Source of the DNA: a virus
Taxonomy: Duplodnaviria; Caudoviricetes
Length of the DNA stretch: 61,422 nt
Reading direction: 5' to 3' (one strand)
IMG/VR virus record: IMGVR_UViG_3300033407_000369
Coordinates: 1-61,422 of that record
Both the position numbers and the translations under genes were made by a program. Every line of letters starts with the position of its first letter. Position 1 is the first letter of the stretch. Under the pieces are notes generated by a model that searched no databases, was not told the DNA's origin, and saw only the letters and a list, made by a program, of their open reading frames with translations. Shown here in pieces: positions 27,782-36,044 of this stretch.

Positions 27782-28282
27782 TCAACTCAATTTCTCAACC
27801 GGCGCGAACAACTGCAACACACTGCGCCGTTGCTTCAGCAAAATCCCCCGGACCCCGGACATTCTGACCTGAGTGTCAACATGCCGTTTCCTGGCCTCTA
27901 TGTCCATTTCTTCCAGCTTGGCGTTGTCCAGAATCCGTTCCCCTTTGTTTAGCCCCTTGCGGATTAACCGCATTGCCTCTTCAACCGCGAACCTGGCCTG
28001 ATCATTTGGCGGCACAATATAATAGCCGGTTCCGCGAACGGTTTGAAGGGCGACTTTTCGCTCAGTCAGTAGGTAGTCTTTGAAAGCATCCACCCGCGAA
28101 AGCAAAAGCCACTGGATTTCTTCGGCTTGCTTCAGGGTTTTGATCGCTGGAATGAGCAAGGCCCACTTGATCCAGTCGTGCGAAAGCATTTCCCCAGCTT
28201 TTTTGTCGTCCTTGTCGTATGCGGAAACGGCATGGGTCAGCCAATCCGGGAATGCTTCGGTCTGCTTTTGCGGTAAGCTCAT
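27782..28282 (-). CDS. Hypothetical protein, accessory to the pentamer-array locus
   Basis: 166 aa, ATGA-coupled to the Cas7-like gene, enclosed by arrays. Confidence 0.65.
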   Translation of the reverse strand: MSLPQKQTEAFPDWLTHAVSAYDKDDKKAGEMLSHDWIKWALLIPAIKTLKQAEEIQWLLLSRVDAFKDYLLTERKVALQTVRGTGYYIVPPNDQARFAVEEAMRLIRKGLNKGERILDNAKLEEMDIEARKRHVDTQVRMSGVRGILLKQRRSVLQLFAPVEKLS

Positions 28283-28845
28283 TTGATCACCTCGACGGTA
28301 AAGCGGCCGAACTTAGGCCGGTAGTCCCCGACTCCACAGTATGCGCCACCGTCTTCCAGGCACTTGATGACTTCGGCCCGGTTGATGACTTCGGGATCAA
28401 ATGCGACTTCGCATTCCGTAGACCACTTACGGAAAATTGGCCGGTAGCGCATGATCCTGGCGGTCTGGACTTTGACGCTTCGGGCGTCGTAAAAACCGGC
28501 AGCCCACAAACCTTCTGCATCTTTCGGGCCGGGATATTCCAGGTAGCAGCGTTCGTCAATAACCTCAACGCTCCGTTTGAGTTGCGTACCCATCTTTGAT
28601 AACTTTCCCCCACCGATAAGAGTGGCTTCGATGTTGACCCCCGGTAAGAACGGGCCGCGTTCGTCGATATAAAGACCACCGAGCCATTCGCTCTTGGCGA
28701 TCAGTTCGTGGTCTTCGTCGGTCTTCTTCCGCTTGCTGGTCAATTCCTTGTGGGCTTTGGTCAGCGGGTTGAGCGGGTCGGCGAACTTGTCAGAATGCAT
28801 GAGCAACGGCCGAGTTCCAGTGATTTTGACTTTGATTGTGTTCAT
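28279..28845 (-). CDS. Stand-alone Cas7/RAMP-like protein (candidate effector of the GGY-NN arrays)
   Basis: N-terminal strand KITGTRPLLMH; LPGVNIEATL resembles RAMP iPGSSlKG; C-terminal G-rich loop YCGVGDYRPKFGRFTV; RBS AAGGAG. Confidence 0.65.
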   Translation of the reverse strand: MNTIKVKITGTRPLLMHSDKFADPLNPLTKAHKELTSKRKKTDEDHELIAKSEWLGGLYIDERGPFLPGVNIEATLIGGGKLSKMGTQLKRSVEVIDERCYLEYPGPKDAEGLWAAGFYDARSVKVQTARIMRYRPIFRKWSTECEVAFDPEVINRAEVIKCLEDGGAYCGVGDYRPKFGRFTVEVIK

Positions 28846-28918
28846 CGCTACTTTCTCCTTGGTTTTATTTTAGCCTAGATCAGAATTGATCTTTTTGGCT
28901 TTTGATAAACTGTTTTGG

Positions 28919-29002
28919 ATTCGCTACAAAGTAGCCCTTGGCGTACCGCGCCTCACCGTACCCAGCCCCGGCTAGCCCGGCCTTCCCCTGCCCGGACTTC
29001 CT
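28919..29002 (-). ncRNA. GGY-NN pentamer array 3 with 3' hairpin tail
   Basis: - strand: AGG AA GTC CG GGC AG GGG AA GGC CG GGC TA GCC GG GGC TG GGT AC GGT GA GGC GC GGT AC GCC AA GGG CTACTTTGTAGCGAAT. Confidence 0.75.
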
Positions 29003-29010
29003 ACAAACAT

Positions 29011-29020
29011 ATTATACTCA
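29011..29020 (-). promoter_or_regulatory. Putative -10 box (TGAGTATAAT) driving array 3 and the Cas7-like gene
   Basis: Perfect TATAAT 8 nt upstream of array 3; no consensus -35; the same 10-mer recurs at 45744-45753. Confidence 0.55.
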
Positions 29021-29042
29021 AACCAAGTCGCATTCGACTAAT

Positions 29043-29183
29043 TTATTTTTCTACCCATTCCTCAAATTCGTCAAACCAGCATTTCCCAGTATCAACCGCA
29101 TCGACCGCAAAGGCCCAAATAAAACCGATGGCCCAAAACGGAACGGACAGCAAATTCAAAACCAGACAAATCGACTTTCTCAT
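29043..29183 (-). CDS. Small membrane protein (46 aa)
   Basis: MRKSICLVLNLLSVPFWAIGFIWAF...; RBS GGGAG. Confidence 0.45.
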   Translation of the reverse strand: MRKSICLVLNLLSVPFWAIGFIWAFAVDAVDTGKCWFDEFEEWVEK

Positions 29184-29236
29184 AGTAACTCCCTTTTTTG
29201 TTTGTGTTTTTATTTACCGATATCCCTCGGCGGCCT

Positions 29237-29503
29237 CTATTTGTTCGCTTCCGGATTAACCACACGTAACCGGAAATAAGCGTTCCCAATTGCCGACATC
29301 ACATGCAGCTTCACCCCGGCCAAAATAATCTTATCCCCGGCGTGCATGATCCGCCGCTCCTTCTGCTCGGTTCCGTTTTCCGGGAATAAGCGGATGAACT
29401 TCAGGAACGGCCAGTCATTTCGCACAACGCGGTATTGCATGCCGTCAATGGATACCAGGGCGTCCGGCTTGAGATTGGTCCTCAGGGCTTCTGGGCCGTG
29501 CAT
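29237..29503 (-). CDS. Hypothetical protein
   Basis: ORF in the operon; start uncertain. Confidence 0.4.
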   Translation of the reverse strand: MHGPEALRTNLKPDALVSIDGMQYRVVRNDWPFLKFIRLFPENGTEQKERRIMHAGDKIILAGVKLHVMSAIGNAYFRLRVVNPEANK

Positions 29504-29508
29504 TGGCG

Positions 29509-30348
29509 CTACATCTTCTTGAAGTGCCTTATCCATTCGTCAACTTCCCCCGCTAGTTTTTTGAACCCGTATAAATCACAAATCGCCAAAAACCCTTCCG
29601 GGTTAAAATTGTCTTTTTGAAGTTTGATCGGCTTGGTTGCGGCGTGTGGTAAATCGACTAGCTGCTTGTTGAATCCTGCTATACGCTTCCCTTCGTAACT
29701 TACGATGTCCTCGAATTTCTTCCCTTTGGTTAATTCCCCCTTTAGATACCGCAGGGCGGTTGTATTGCCAACCCCTGCCACCCCCGGAACCTTGTCGCTA
29801 TTGCACCCGGCAATTGCCTTGACCTCCGCCCATTGCCTTGGAGTAATCCCATATTCAGCCCGGAATGTCCGGCCATTTATTAGCTTTTTCTTGGCAGGGC
29901 TGTACCACGCGCAATCGTCGGTCAGTTGCAGCAGGTCTTCATCGTTTGTCAAAACAACCGATTGCCCCCGGCGTTCCTTGACAAATATAGCAATCAGATC
30001 GTCAGCTTCCAGGCCGGTTTGAATAAACGAATTGCCAAACCCAAGCAACGGCATGATGGTCGTCCGGATGGTTTGGATCTGACCGCAGGCGTCCAAGAAC
30101 GCTTCTTTTTCTTCGTCGGTCTTGGGCTGGTCGCGCTTTTTATATCCTGGCAGAACCTGCGACCTGAATCTCTTCCGGCTGTCCCACATGAAGACCGGAT
30201 CGGTCAGGCCAAACTGGCGGCACATAATCAGAATTTGCGTCACAAACCCGTAGATTACGCCAGTGCCTTTGTCATTATGGGATAATTTGCCGGATGAATG
30301 GAAAGCCCTCCAGCAGAAGTAATGGCAGTCGAAGACCAGGTATTTCAT
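29509..30348 (-). CDS. 5'-3' exonuclease / flap endonuclease (Pol I N-terminal-like)
   Basis: YK-x-x-R-like, EADDLI, DEDLLQL and G-x-x-SDKVPGVAGVG-x-x-TA motifs. Confidence 0.9.
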   Translation of the reverse strand: MKYLVFDCHYFCWRAFHSSGKLSHNDKGTGVIYGFVTQILIMCRQFGLTDPVFMWDSRKRFRSQVLPGYKKRDQPKTDEEKEAFLDACGQIQTIRTTIMPLLGFGNSFIQTGLEADDLIAIFVKERRGQSVVLTNDEDLLQLTDDCAWYSPAKKKLINGRTFRAEYGITPRQWAEVKAIAGCNSDKVPGVAGVGNTTALRYLKGELTKGKKFEDIVSYEGKRIAGFNKQLVDLPHAATKPIKLQKDNFNPEGFLAICDLYGFKKLAGEVDEWIRHFKKM

Positions 30349-30366
30349 TTTTGCCTTTTGAAAATT

Positions 30367-30470
30367 TGGGCGGGCAGGATTTGATACCTGCATGATGATT
30401 TAGTCAAGGGGCCATAGCGGACCATCTTCCACCGTTCCCCCGTAGCGTCTATACTCTTCCGCCACCGCCC
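30367..30470 (-). ncRNA. tRNA-like element with non-canonical, expanded anticodon arm
   Basis: GGGCGG/CCGCCC acceptor stem, Leu-type D arm GCGGAAGAGTATAGACGC, T arm GCAGG-TATCAAAT-CCTGC; no 7-nt anticodon loop and no CCA. Confidence 0.55.
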
Positions 30471-30477
30471 AAAATAC

Positions 30478-30672
30478 CTACGCCTTGGCCAGCTCGTTGC
30501 TCTTGGCCCGGAACTCCTTCATCAGTTTGGTCAGCTCGTTGCTGGCCTTCCGGGCTTCGGCTCCGGCTTTTTTGCTGCCGCGATCCCCGGCGATTTGGGT
30601 TTCGGCCCCATCGTCGAGGATGGCCATTTGTACCCGGATGTCATCAAGTACCGCGTGTAAATCTCTGCCCAT
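30478..30672 (-). CDS. Small histone H1 (Hc1)-like basic protein
   Basis: KKAGAEARKASNELTKLMKEFR resembles the family motif KAAG-x-RARK-x-S-x-EL-x-K-x-x-KEFR; RBS AAGGAGG. Confidence 0.7.
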   Translation of the reverse strand: MGRDLHAVLDDIRVQMAILDDGAETQIAGDRGSKKAGAEARKASNELTKLMKEFRAKSNELAKA

Positions 30673-30871
30673 TTTTCGTTCCTCCTTGGTTGTTTGGTTT
30701 TACTTGTTCTGGCACTCCATCTTGGTTTCAGCCCTTACTCGATTAACTTCTTTATTGAAGTTTGCGTTTGCCGCGAACATCGAAATTGCCCAGAAAATCA
30801 AAACAACAACAATTCCACCATCAAACAATTTTACTGCTTTCATCTTCTCCTCCTTGGTTATTTGGCTAGGG

Positions 30872-31918
30872 TCAATCCCTGGCCTTTGGTTTGCGCTCCT
30901 GCTTGAACTGCTCTTGTATCTCTTCCCATAAATCGATTACGGCTTCTTTCAATTCAGCTTCCAACCCGTCTTCCTCTACGGCTTTGATTGCCCCGTCCAG
31001 GCTGTTTGACAAGACCTCGCTCCCGTCAATCGAATATTTCTTATGCCGGGAGTTTTGCTTCAGGAAAATCAGATTTGCCCGGACATCATCAATCCCGTAA
31101 CTGTCGATGATGTAAATTTCTGCTTGCCGGTACCCTTTATCAACAGAAGATTTGACAACATCGACTTTCGACATCACCCCATAACTTTCCTTGTGGGCTT
31201 TGCCGTGGATGGTTTTTTCTTCCCGCAGCACTTTGATCTTCGTAATTTCCAACCGCAAGGAAGCGTAGAACTTAGGGGCGTGTCCGCCGGTCGCCTTGGT
31301 CTTTTTGGCAAATGGCGTGGTTGCCATAGTGTCCCGGATCTGATTCGAGAAAACCATCAGATAATTGTTGTCTTTGATCAGGCGAATGCAGCGCCGGAAT
31401 CCTTGGCTGAAGTCGTTCGCTCTCTTGGCGCCATCGTATCCGGCAGCGTCTTTCATTTCCGCTTCGGTGCAGAGGGCCGCGATGGAATCAGCGATGATAC
31501 CGTGCGGGCCTTGGCCTTCCGGCTTCCAGGAAACAAACTCTTCGAATACTTCGGCGATGGTGTCCGGCTGGCGGATGGTCTTATCCCCGATGGAAAAGTC
31601 GAACAGTTTGGCGAATTCCTTGTCCAGCCGGGCTTCGGGATCGTTGAAAATCACATCTCCGCCCTTCCGCTGGATAGCCCCGGCGATTTCGCACATCAGA
31701 ACGGTTTTGCCGGCGGACGAATCGCCGAAAATCTCAACCGCAATGCCAACCGGGATTCCCCCTCCCCGCTTTCTGGTACCGGTCAGGGCCAGGTCCAGCA
31801 ACGTCGAGCCGGTGCTGACCATCACTTCGTCATTGCCTTCGTAGAGCGGCTGTTTTCGTTCCGTTTCTGCGTTGCGCTTGATTTTCCGGACCAGCCCAGC
31901 TTTAGAGCCCCTTTCCAT
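30872..31918 (-). CDS. recA: RecA/UvsX-like recombinase
   Basis: STGS-x-x-LD-x-AL, GDSSAGKT, DSIAAL, NQIR and GG-x-A-x-KFYAS-x-R motifs. Confidence 0.92.
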   Translation of the reverse strand: MERGSKAGLVRKIKRNAETERKQPLYEGNDEVMVSTGSTLLDLALTGTRKRGGGIPVGIAVEIFGDSSAGKTVLMCEIAGAIQRKGGDVIFNDPEARLDKEFAKLFDFSIGDKTIRQPDTIAEVFEEFVSWKPEGQGPHGIIADSIAALCTEAEMKDAAGYDGAKRANDFSQGFRRCIRLIKDNNYLMVFSNQIRDTMATTPFAKKTKATGGHAPKFYASLRLEITKIKVLREEKTIHGKAHKESYGVMSKVDVVKSSVDKGYRQAEIYIIDSYGIDDVRANLIFLKQNSRHKKYSIDGSEVLSNSLDGAIKAVEEDGLEAELKEAVIDLWEEIQEQFKQERKPKARD

Positions 31919-32222
31919 ATCTCTCCCTTATTGCTAGCAGAATTTTTTCGATGTGATTTTGTGACAACTTCTTTTCGGCCAACCACGAGTTGGCCGATTC
32001 ATAAAATTCGGCCCAGTTCTTCTTATTCCAGTTGTCGTATATTTTATACCCGACCGACTGGAGTAGGGCCGGAATGTGTTCGTAGCAGGTTTCAATCATG
32101 TCAACAGTCACCTTCGACATGCTGACGTTTTGCTCCAAGGCCATCAGCCGGAGGAATTCAACGCTCTCCTCAGTCAGATAGAGCGGCTGGATTTTCTTTT
32201 GTTTCTTTTGTCCGACTTTCAT
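31902..32222 (-). CDS. Hypothetical protein (possible ribbon-helix-helix)
   Basis: LYLTEE...L-x-x-x-A-x-x-x-NVSMS pattern. Confidence 0.45.
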   Translation of the reverse strand: MKVGQKKQKKIQPLYLTEESVEFLRLMALEQNVSMSKVTVDMIETCYEHIPALLQSVGYKIYDNWNKKNWAEFYESANSWLAEKKLSQNHIEKILLAIRERYGKGL

Positions 32223-32239
32223 TTTTGCCTTTTAAGAAA

Positions 32240-32310
32240 TTTGGGCGGGCCAAAAGCATTCTAGATTCTTTGACCTTCCAGGCTCATCACCCGCTGGTTT
32301 TCCGCCCAAA
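32240..32310 (-). ncRNA. Structured intergenic element sharing closing stem and downstream leader with the tRNA-like element
   Basis: TTTGGGCGG...CCGCCCAAA stem; 32218-32250 is nearly identical to 30344-30375. Confidence 0.4.
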
Positions 32311-32316
32311 ATTCAC

Positions 32317-33687
32317 TTATCCGTTACTTTCCTGCTCAGACATGCAGGCTTCCCACTCGTCGCAGGTGTCGCAGTCCTTTTGCTTGTCGCAGTCCACGCC
32401 GAACTTGTGGCCGGACGGGCACTTGTTGCCGGAGTCCTTGGCCTTCCCGGCCTTCTTGTCGGTTTTGGTAGCTTTGGCCGGGCCGGGCTCAGGATCTGCA
32501 ACTCCGCTTTCCCCTTCGAATGCGGCCTCACAGTCATCCCGCTTGTCGCACTTCTTGCACTTCTTGCTGGTGTCGAAGTCCTCGCCAAACTCAAGCCCTG
32601 CCGGGCACTGCTCGCTGCTGTCTTCGACCTGGCCAGAATGGGGTTCGATCTCACAGGCTTCCATCAGGGCTTCCCGGCATTCATCTTCTTCCATGCCATC
32701 GGTGTCGATGTCCAGGTCGTTCTTGACGATGTACCGGCGCATTTCCTTGAAGCTCATGCCGTCCAGTTCTTCGGCAGTCAGGGAAGGGGCTTCAGGTTCA
32801 GGTTCAGGTTCCCGCTTTTTGCGTTCCTTCTTCTCCGGCTCCGGCTTGGTTGTCTTCCTGACCCTGGCGGTTTCCGGCTGGTCGTCGGGATCGGGGCCAG
32901 GGTCATCCGGGTCACTGGCCGGCATCTGGTCGTCAATTTCCAGGAAGATGTTGTTCAGCTCTTCATACGATTTGATGACCAGTACATCGTCCAGGTTGAT
33001 CACTTCGCCCAGGATAGATTCGTCGATGTCCCCGCGCTCGGTAAAGGAAATCGAATCTGCAGCCAGGAAGTTGTGGCCGCCGAATGACTCCTTCTGGAAG
33101 CGGACGTTCAGATCAAATCCGCCTTCCAGGTCCATGAAGGCTGCATATTCGTCGTTGTCGGGGTCGTTCAATTCGACCTTGAGCTGCTTTTCGAACAGGG
33201 CATAGCTCATCCACCAGAACATGACCGGGCCGGGCTTGCCATTTTCGACCAGCTGGACGTTGTACATCACGCAGTCCTGCGGCTTGAACTTGTTGGCCTG
33301 TTCTTCCGGAATTGCCGGATCGGCCTTGGCCTGCTTGTAGTACTCGGCGACCGGATCGGGCTTGCCAACCGACAGCGGGCTGATATAAGGCCGGTTGGCC
33401 GCTCCGAGTTGGCGATACCGCTTGAACGGGCGCTTGTAATAGATGTCACCGACCGGGGCGATGTCCGGGCCATCCGGATGATGCGGGTCGGTCACGATAT
33501 AGGGCAGCAGACGCAGCCGATATTTGACCGACGATTTCCCTTTGGGGATTTCGGGATTGAAAAACTCAACCCCCTGCGGGATGTTTTTGAACATCGTCCC
33601 GCCACCGCCCGGCCCTTGCTGCGCCGCCGCTGCCTTGATGCGGTCCCGGCCCGAACTGAACTTCCTTTTACCTTCCTTCCTTGCCAT
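32317..33687 (-). CDS. gp32-like single-stranded DNA-binding protein with acidic linker and two Cys-rich C-terminal repeats
   Basis: LRLLPY, DPVAE and F-x-D-x-x-x-G-x-D motifs, SYEEL; acidic tail; next to RecA. Confidence 0.7.
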   Translation of the reverse strand: MARKEGKRKFSSGRDRIKAAAAQQGPGGGGTMFKNIPQGVEFFNPEIPKGKSSVKYRLRLLPYIVTDPHHPDGPDIAPVGDIYYKRPFKRYRQLGAANRPYISPLSVGKPDPVAEYYKQAKADPAIPEEQANKFKPQDCVMYNVQLVENGKPGPVMFWWMSYALFEKQLKVELNDPDNDEYAAFMDLEGGFDLNVRFQKESFGGHNFLAADSISFTERGDIDESILGEVINLDDVLVIKSYEELNNIFLEIDDQMPASDPDDPGPDPDDQPETARVRKTTKPEPEKKERKKREPEPEPEAPSLTAEELDGMSFKEMRRYIVKNDLDIDTDGMEEDECREALMEACEIEPHSGQVEDSSEQCPAGLEFGEDFDTSKKCKKCDKRDDCEAAFEGESGVADPEPGPAKATKTDKKAGKAKDSGNKCPSGHKFGVDCDKQKDCDTCDEWEACMSEQESNG

Positions 33688-33816
33688 CTTTTACCTCCTT
33701 GAGTATTTGCTTGATGGTTTCATAAAACGACTGGATTATTCCCCGCGATACCAAGCGGGATGCCAGATATAGCCAAATAAGCGACCCGAGAAACAGCAAT
33801 ATGAATTGGGTTGTCG

Positions 33817-34371
33817 TCATTTACCCCTCTTCATCTTGCGCTCTTCCCGGCGCTGGTCGATTGCGGAGCGAACTTTCAACCCTGCCGATTTGTTGCTTTT
33901 TTCTTCGATCAGCCTGGCAAGTTCGCTGGTTTCGCGCGGGCTTTGCGGGGTAGCGAAATACCCGAGCGTCGCCATTCTGACCGCGTTTTCCAGGGCTGAC
34001 TTTTTCATGTCGATAGCCCGGACGGCGCTAGACAACATTTTGTGGGCGTGGTTAGCTTCGCTGAGTTCCGCTTCCACCGCTTGATACTGGACAGACAGCA
34101 GAACCGCGTTGTTGACCTGATCGACGGTAGGCGCCTTACCGGTGTCAATCCCGTAAGCGGCCGGGTCTTTTCTGACTTCGGTTGCCATTTCGGCGCGGGT
34201 CACTTCCAACTTGTTCTTGACGTCGGCCGCGTCTTTTGCAGCTTGGTCACAGGCCCGGCTATAGCGAAGCATTAACTGTGGCTGACGGAGCCATTCGACG
34301 TCCAGTTCTTCCGGGTTGATCGAAACATCGGTTTCCGGGTCCAGGTCATATTTGTTGTCGATATTAGGCAT
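33817..34371 (-). CDS. UvsY-like recombination mediator (putative)
   Basis: Coiled-coil protein beside SSB/RecA; LD-x-EWL-x-QP motif. Confidence 0.45.
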   Translation of the reverse strand: MPNIDNKYDLDPETDVSINPEELDVEWLRQPQLMLRYSRACDQAAKDAADVKNKLEVTRAEMATEVRKDPAAYGIDTGKAPTVDQVNNAVLLSVQYQAVEAELSEANHAHKMLSSAVRAIDMKKSALENAVRMATLGYFATPQSPRETSELARLIEEKSNKSAGLKVRSAIDQRREERKMKRGK

Positions 34372-34627
34372 TTTTTGCGACCTCCTTGTACTTCTTGTTC
34401 AGGCTGGCCAACAACCCCTTCCGACACATGGTTCCGGCCAAGGTCTTGACCATCCCGCAGGAGAACGCCCGGACGGTCGGCGAGAGAATCTCGGCCAAGC
34501 CTTTCTTACCGACCGGAATATGGTGGGCAATCCGGTGTTTCTTTTTGATTGACCGGATTTCAGACTTGGCCTTTTTGCCGGTCCTAATTGACGAAAAACC
34601 ACACTGCGGGCAATAATACGAATACAT
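34364..34627 (-). CDS. Hypothetical Zn-finger protein
   Basis: YYCPQCG; RBS AGGAGG. Confidence 0.45.
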   Translation of the reverse strand: MYSYYCPQCGFSSIRTGKKAKSEIRSIKKKHRIAHHIPVGKKGLAEILSPTVRAFSCGMVKTLAGTMCRKGLLASLNKKYKEVAKNA

Positions 34628-34638
34628 TTTGTTCCTCC

Positions 34639-34851
34639 TTATTCTGCTGGTTTGTGTGTAGACAATTTATATCCAGACGACAAATTTATAAAAGAACTGC
34701 TGTGCCGGTCCGCCTTCCCGTTGCAAGCGTGGCAAAATTTATTCGCTGGGATTTTTCCGGCCCAAATCAATTTTAATTTATGTTCGGCTTTGCATCCCGG
34801 ACAAATGCAATCAACCCAGCCTTCAACTATATTATACTCTAGCATAGTCAT
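34639..34851 (-). CDS. Hypothetical Zn-ribbon protein
   Basis: CPGC...FCHAC. Confidence 0.5.
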   Translation of the reverse strand: MTMLEYNIVEGWVDCICPGCKAEHKLKLIWAGKIPANKFCHACNGKADRHSSSFINLSSGYKLSTHKPAE

Positions 34852-35771
34852 TCTCCGATAAAATTACTTCGGTAGCAGGCCATGTACAGACCCATTTTTT
34901 TAGAGACAAAAAAATCGTCTTCGAATTGTTCGAAAATTAGTGCGGCCCTATCATCCCTCCCCTTTTTCATTATTGACCAACAATATTTAAGTACTAATCT
35001 TCTAATCGATTCTTCGTCTGCATCTTCCAACCCATCGAGAATTTTAACAATAACAGACCACGACTTCTTACCGATCAAGGCGCGGGCCAGATCAATTGCC
35101 GCCGATTGCCTGGCGGCTTCTTCTTCAGCCGCTTCTTTCATGTCGGCCGGGTCCATACCGATGATTTTGCCTAGGATTTGAAGAGCGTTCCGGGGATGGC
35201 CGAGGGATTGATCGACGATGACCTGCCGGACCTCCTGCGGGATTCTGACCCTCTCGGCTCGGCAAACTTTGACGATTAGCCCTTCCATTTCTTCGTCGGT
35301 GATTTGCGATACCGAAACAGCGGCGCAGCGACCCTTGATGGTCGGCAACAGCTTCTCGGGGTCGGTAGTGCAGAGGATAAAATAAACGTGGCTTGGCGCG
35401 TCTTCCAGAGCTTTCAACAAAGCTTGCTGGGCGTCTTTTGTCAAACCGTGGCACTCGTCAAGTAGCCAAACCCGGCAGATGCTTTTGGGGTCTTGGGGGC
35501 GGAGCCTGACTTGCTTTCGAATGTCCCGGACGGTATCGATGCCCCGGAAGTCTGCCGTGTCGTATTCTTTGTAGTCGGATTCCCTGGCGCCCAGCTCTCC
35601 GGCAATAATCCGTCCGATTGTGGTTTTGCCACACCCAGTTGGGCCGGTAATCAGGATTGCATGGGGGAATTTGTCGCGCCGGGAAAGTAATCCCTTGACA
35701 GTTTTGACGGCCGGTGAGTTCCCAACAATTTCGTCGAGCGTTTTGGGCCTATGGTCGATTGCAATACTCAA
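34848..35771 (-). CDS. dnaX: Clamp loader, DNA Pol III gamma/tau-like AAA+
   Basis: RP-x-x-x-DEIVG, GPTGCGKTT, LDECH, LLKALE and FILCTT...TIKGRC motifs. Confidence 0.9.
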   Translation of the reverse strand: MSIAIDHRPKTLDEIVGNSPAVKTVKGLLSRRDKFPHAILITGPTGCGKTTIGRIIAGELGARESDYKEYDTADFRGIDTVRDIRKQVRLRPQDPKSICRVWLLDECHGLTKDAQQALLKALEDAPSHVYFILCTTDPEKLLPTIKGRCAAVSVSQITDEEMEGLIVKVCRAERVRIPQEVRQVIVDQSLGHPRNALQILGKIIGMDPADMKEAAEEEAARQSAAIDLARALIGKKSWSVIVKILDGLEDADEESIRRLVLKYCWSIMKKGRDDRAALIFEQFEDDFFVSKKMGLYMACYRSNFIGE

Positions 35772-35774
35772 TTT

Positions 35775-36029
35775 TCAATCCTCCAGGTCGATTTTTGGAC
35801 AAATACCCTTTCCGGGATTCCGTCTCCACGTTTTACTGATTCCCAGGCTGATCGGGACTTCGGCGGCGCACCAATACAGTACAACCCATCCTCGTTCGGC
35901 AAGCAAATGGATTACATTCTCCCTTATTTTCTTCCCACGAGAAAATTCCCGTAGATCGTTGTGGTCATTAAATCTTTTTTGTTTGCAATTGAAACAATTT
36001 TGGCAATGACTGCCCTGAACAGTATCCAT
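35775..36029 (-). CDS. Hypothetical Cys-containing protein
   Basis: HCQNCFNC; between dnaE and dnaX. Confidence 0.4.
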   Translation of the reverse strand: MDTVQGSHCQNCFNCKQKRFNDHNDLREFSRGKKIRENVIHLLAERGWVVLYWCAAEVPISLGISKTWRRNPGKGICPKIDLED

Positions 36030-36044
36030 CTGCCTGCCCCCTTC

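Noticed and set aside
27604-29002. Calling the pentamer arrays a CRISPR array or simple microsatellites
   Set aside because: There are no 25-40-nt repeats with spacers. The variable NN positions and a shared 3' tail at three separate sites do not fit slippage-generated repeats.
32265-32295. Hammerhead-like TGATGAG...AAA on the - strand
   Set aside because: The core deviates (GUGAUGA, CAAA instead of CUGAUGA, GAAA) and stems I/III were not found.
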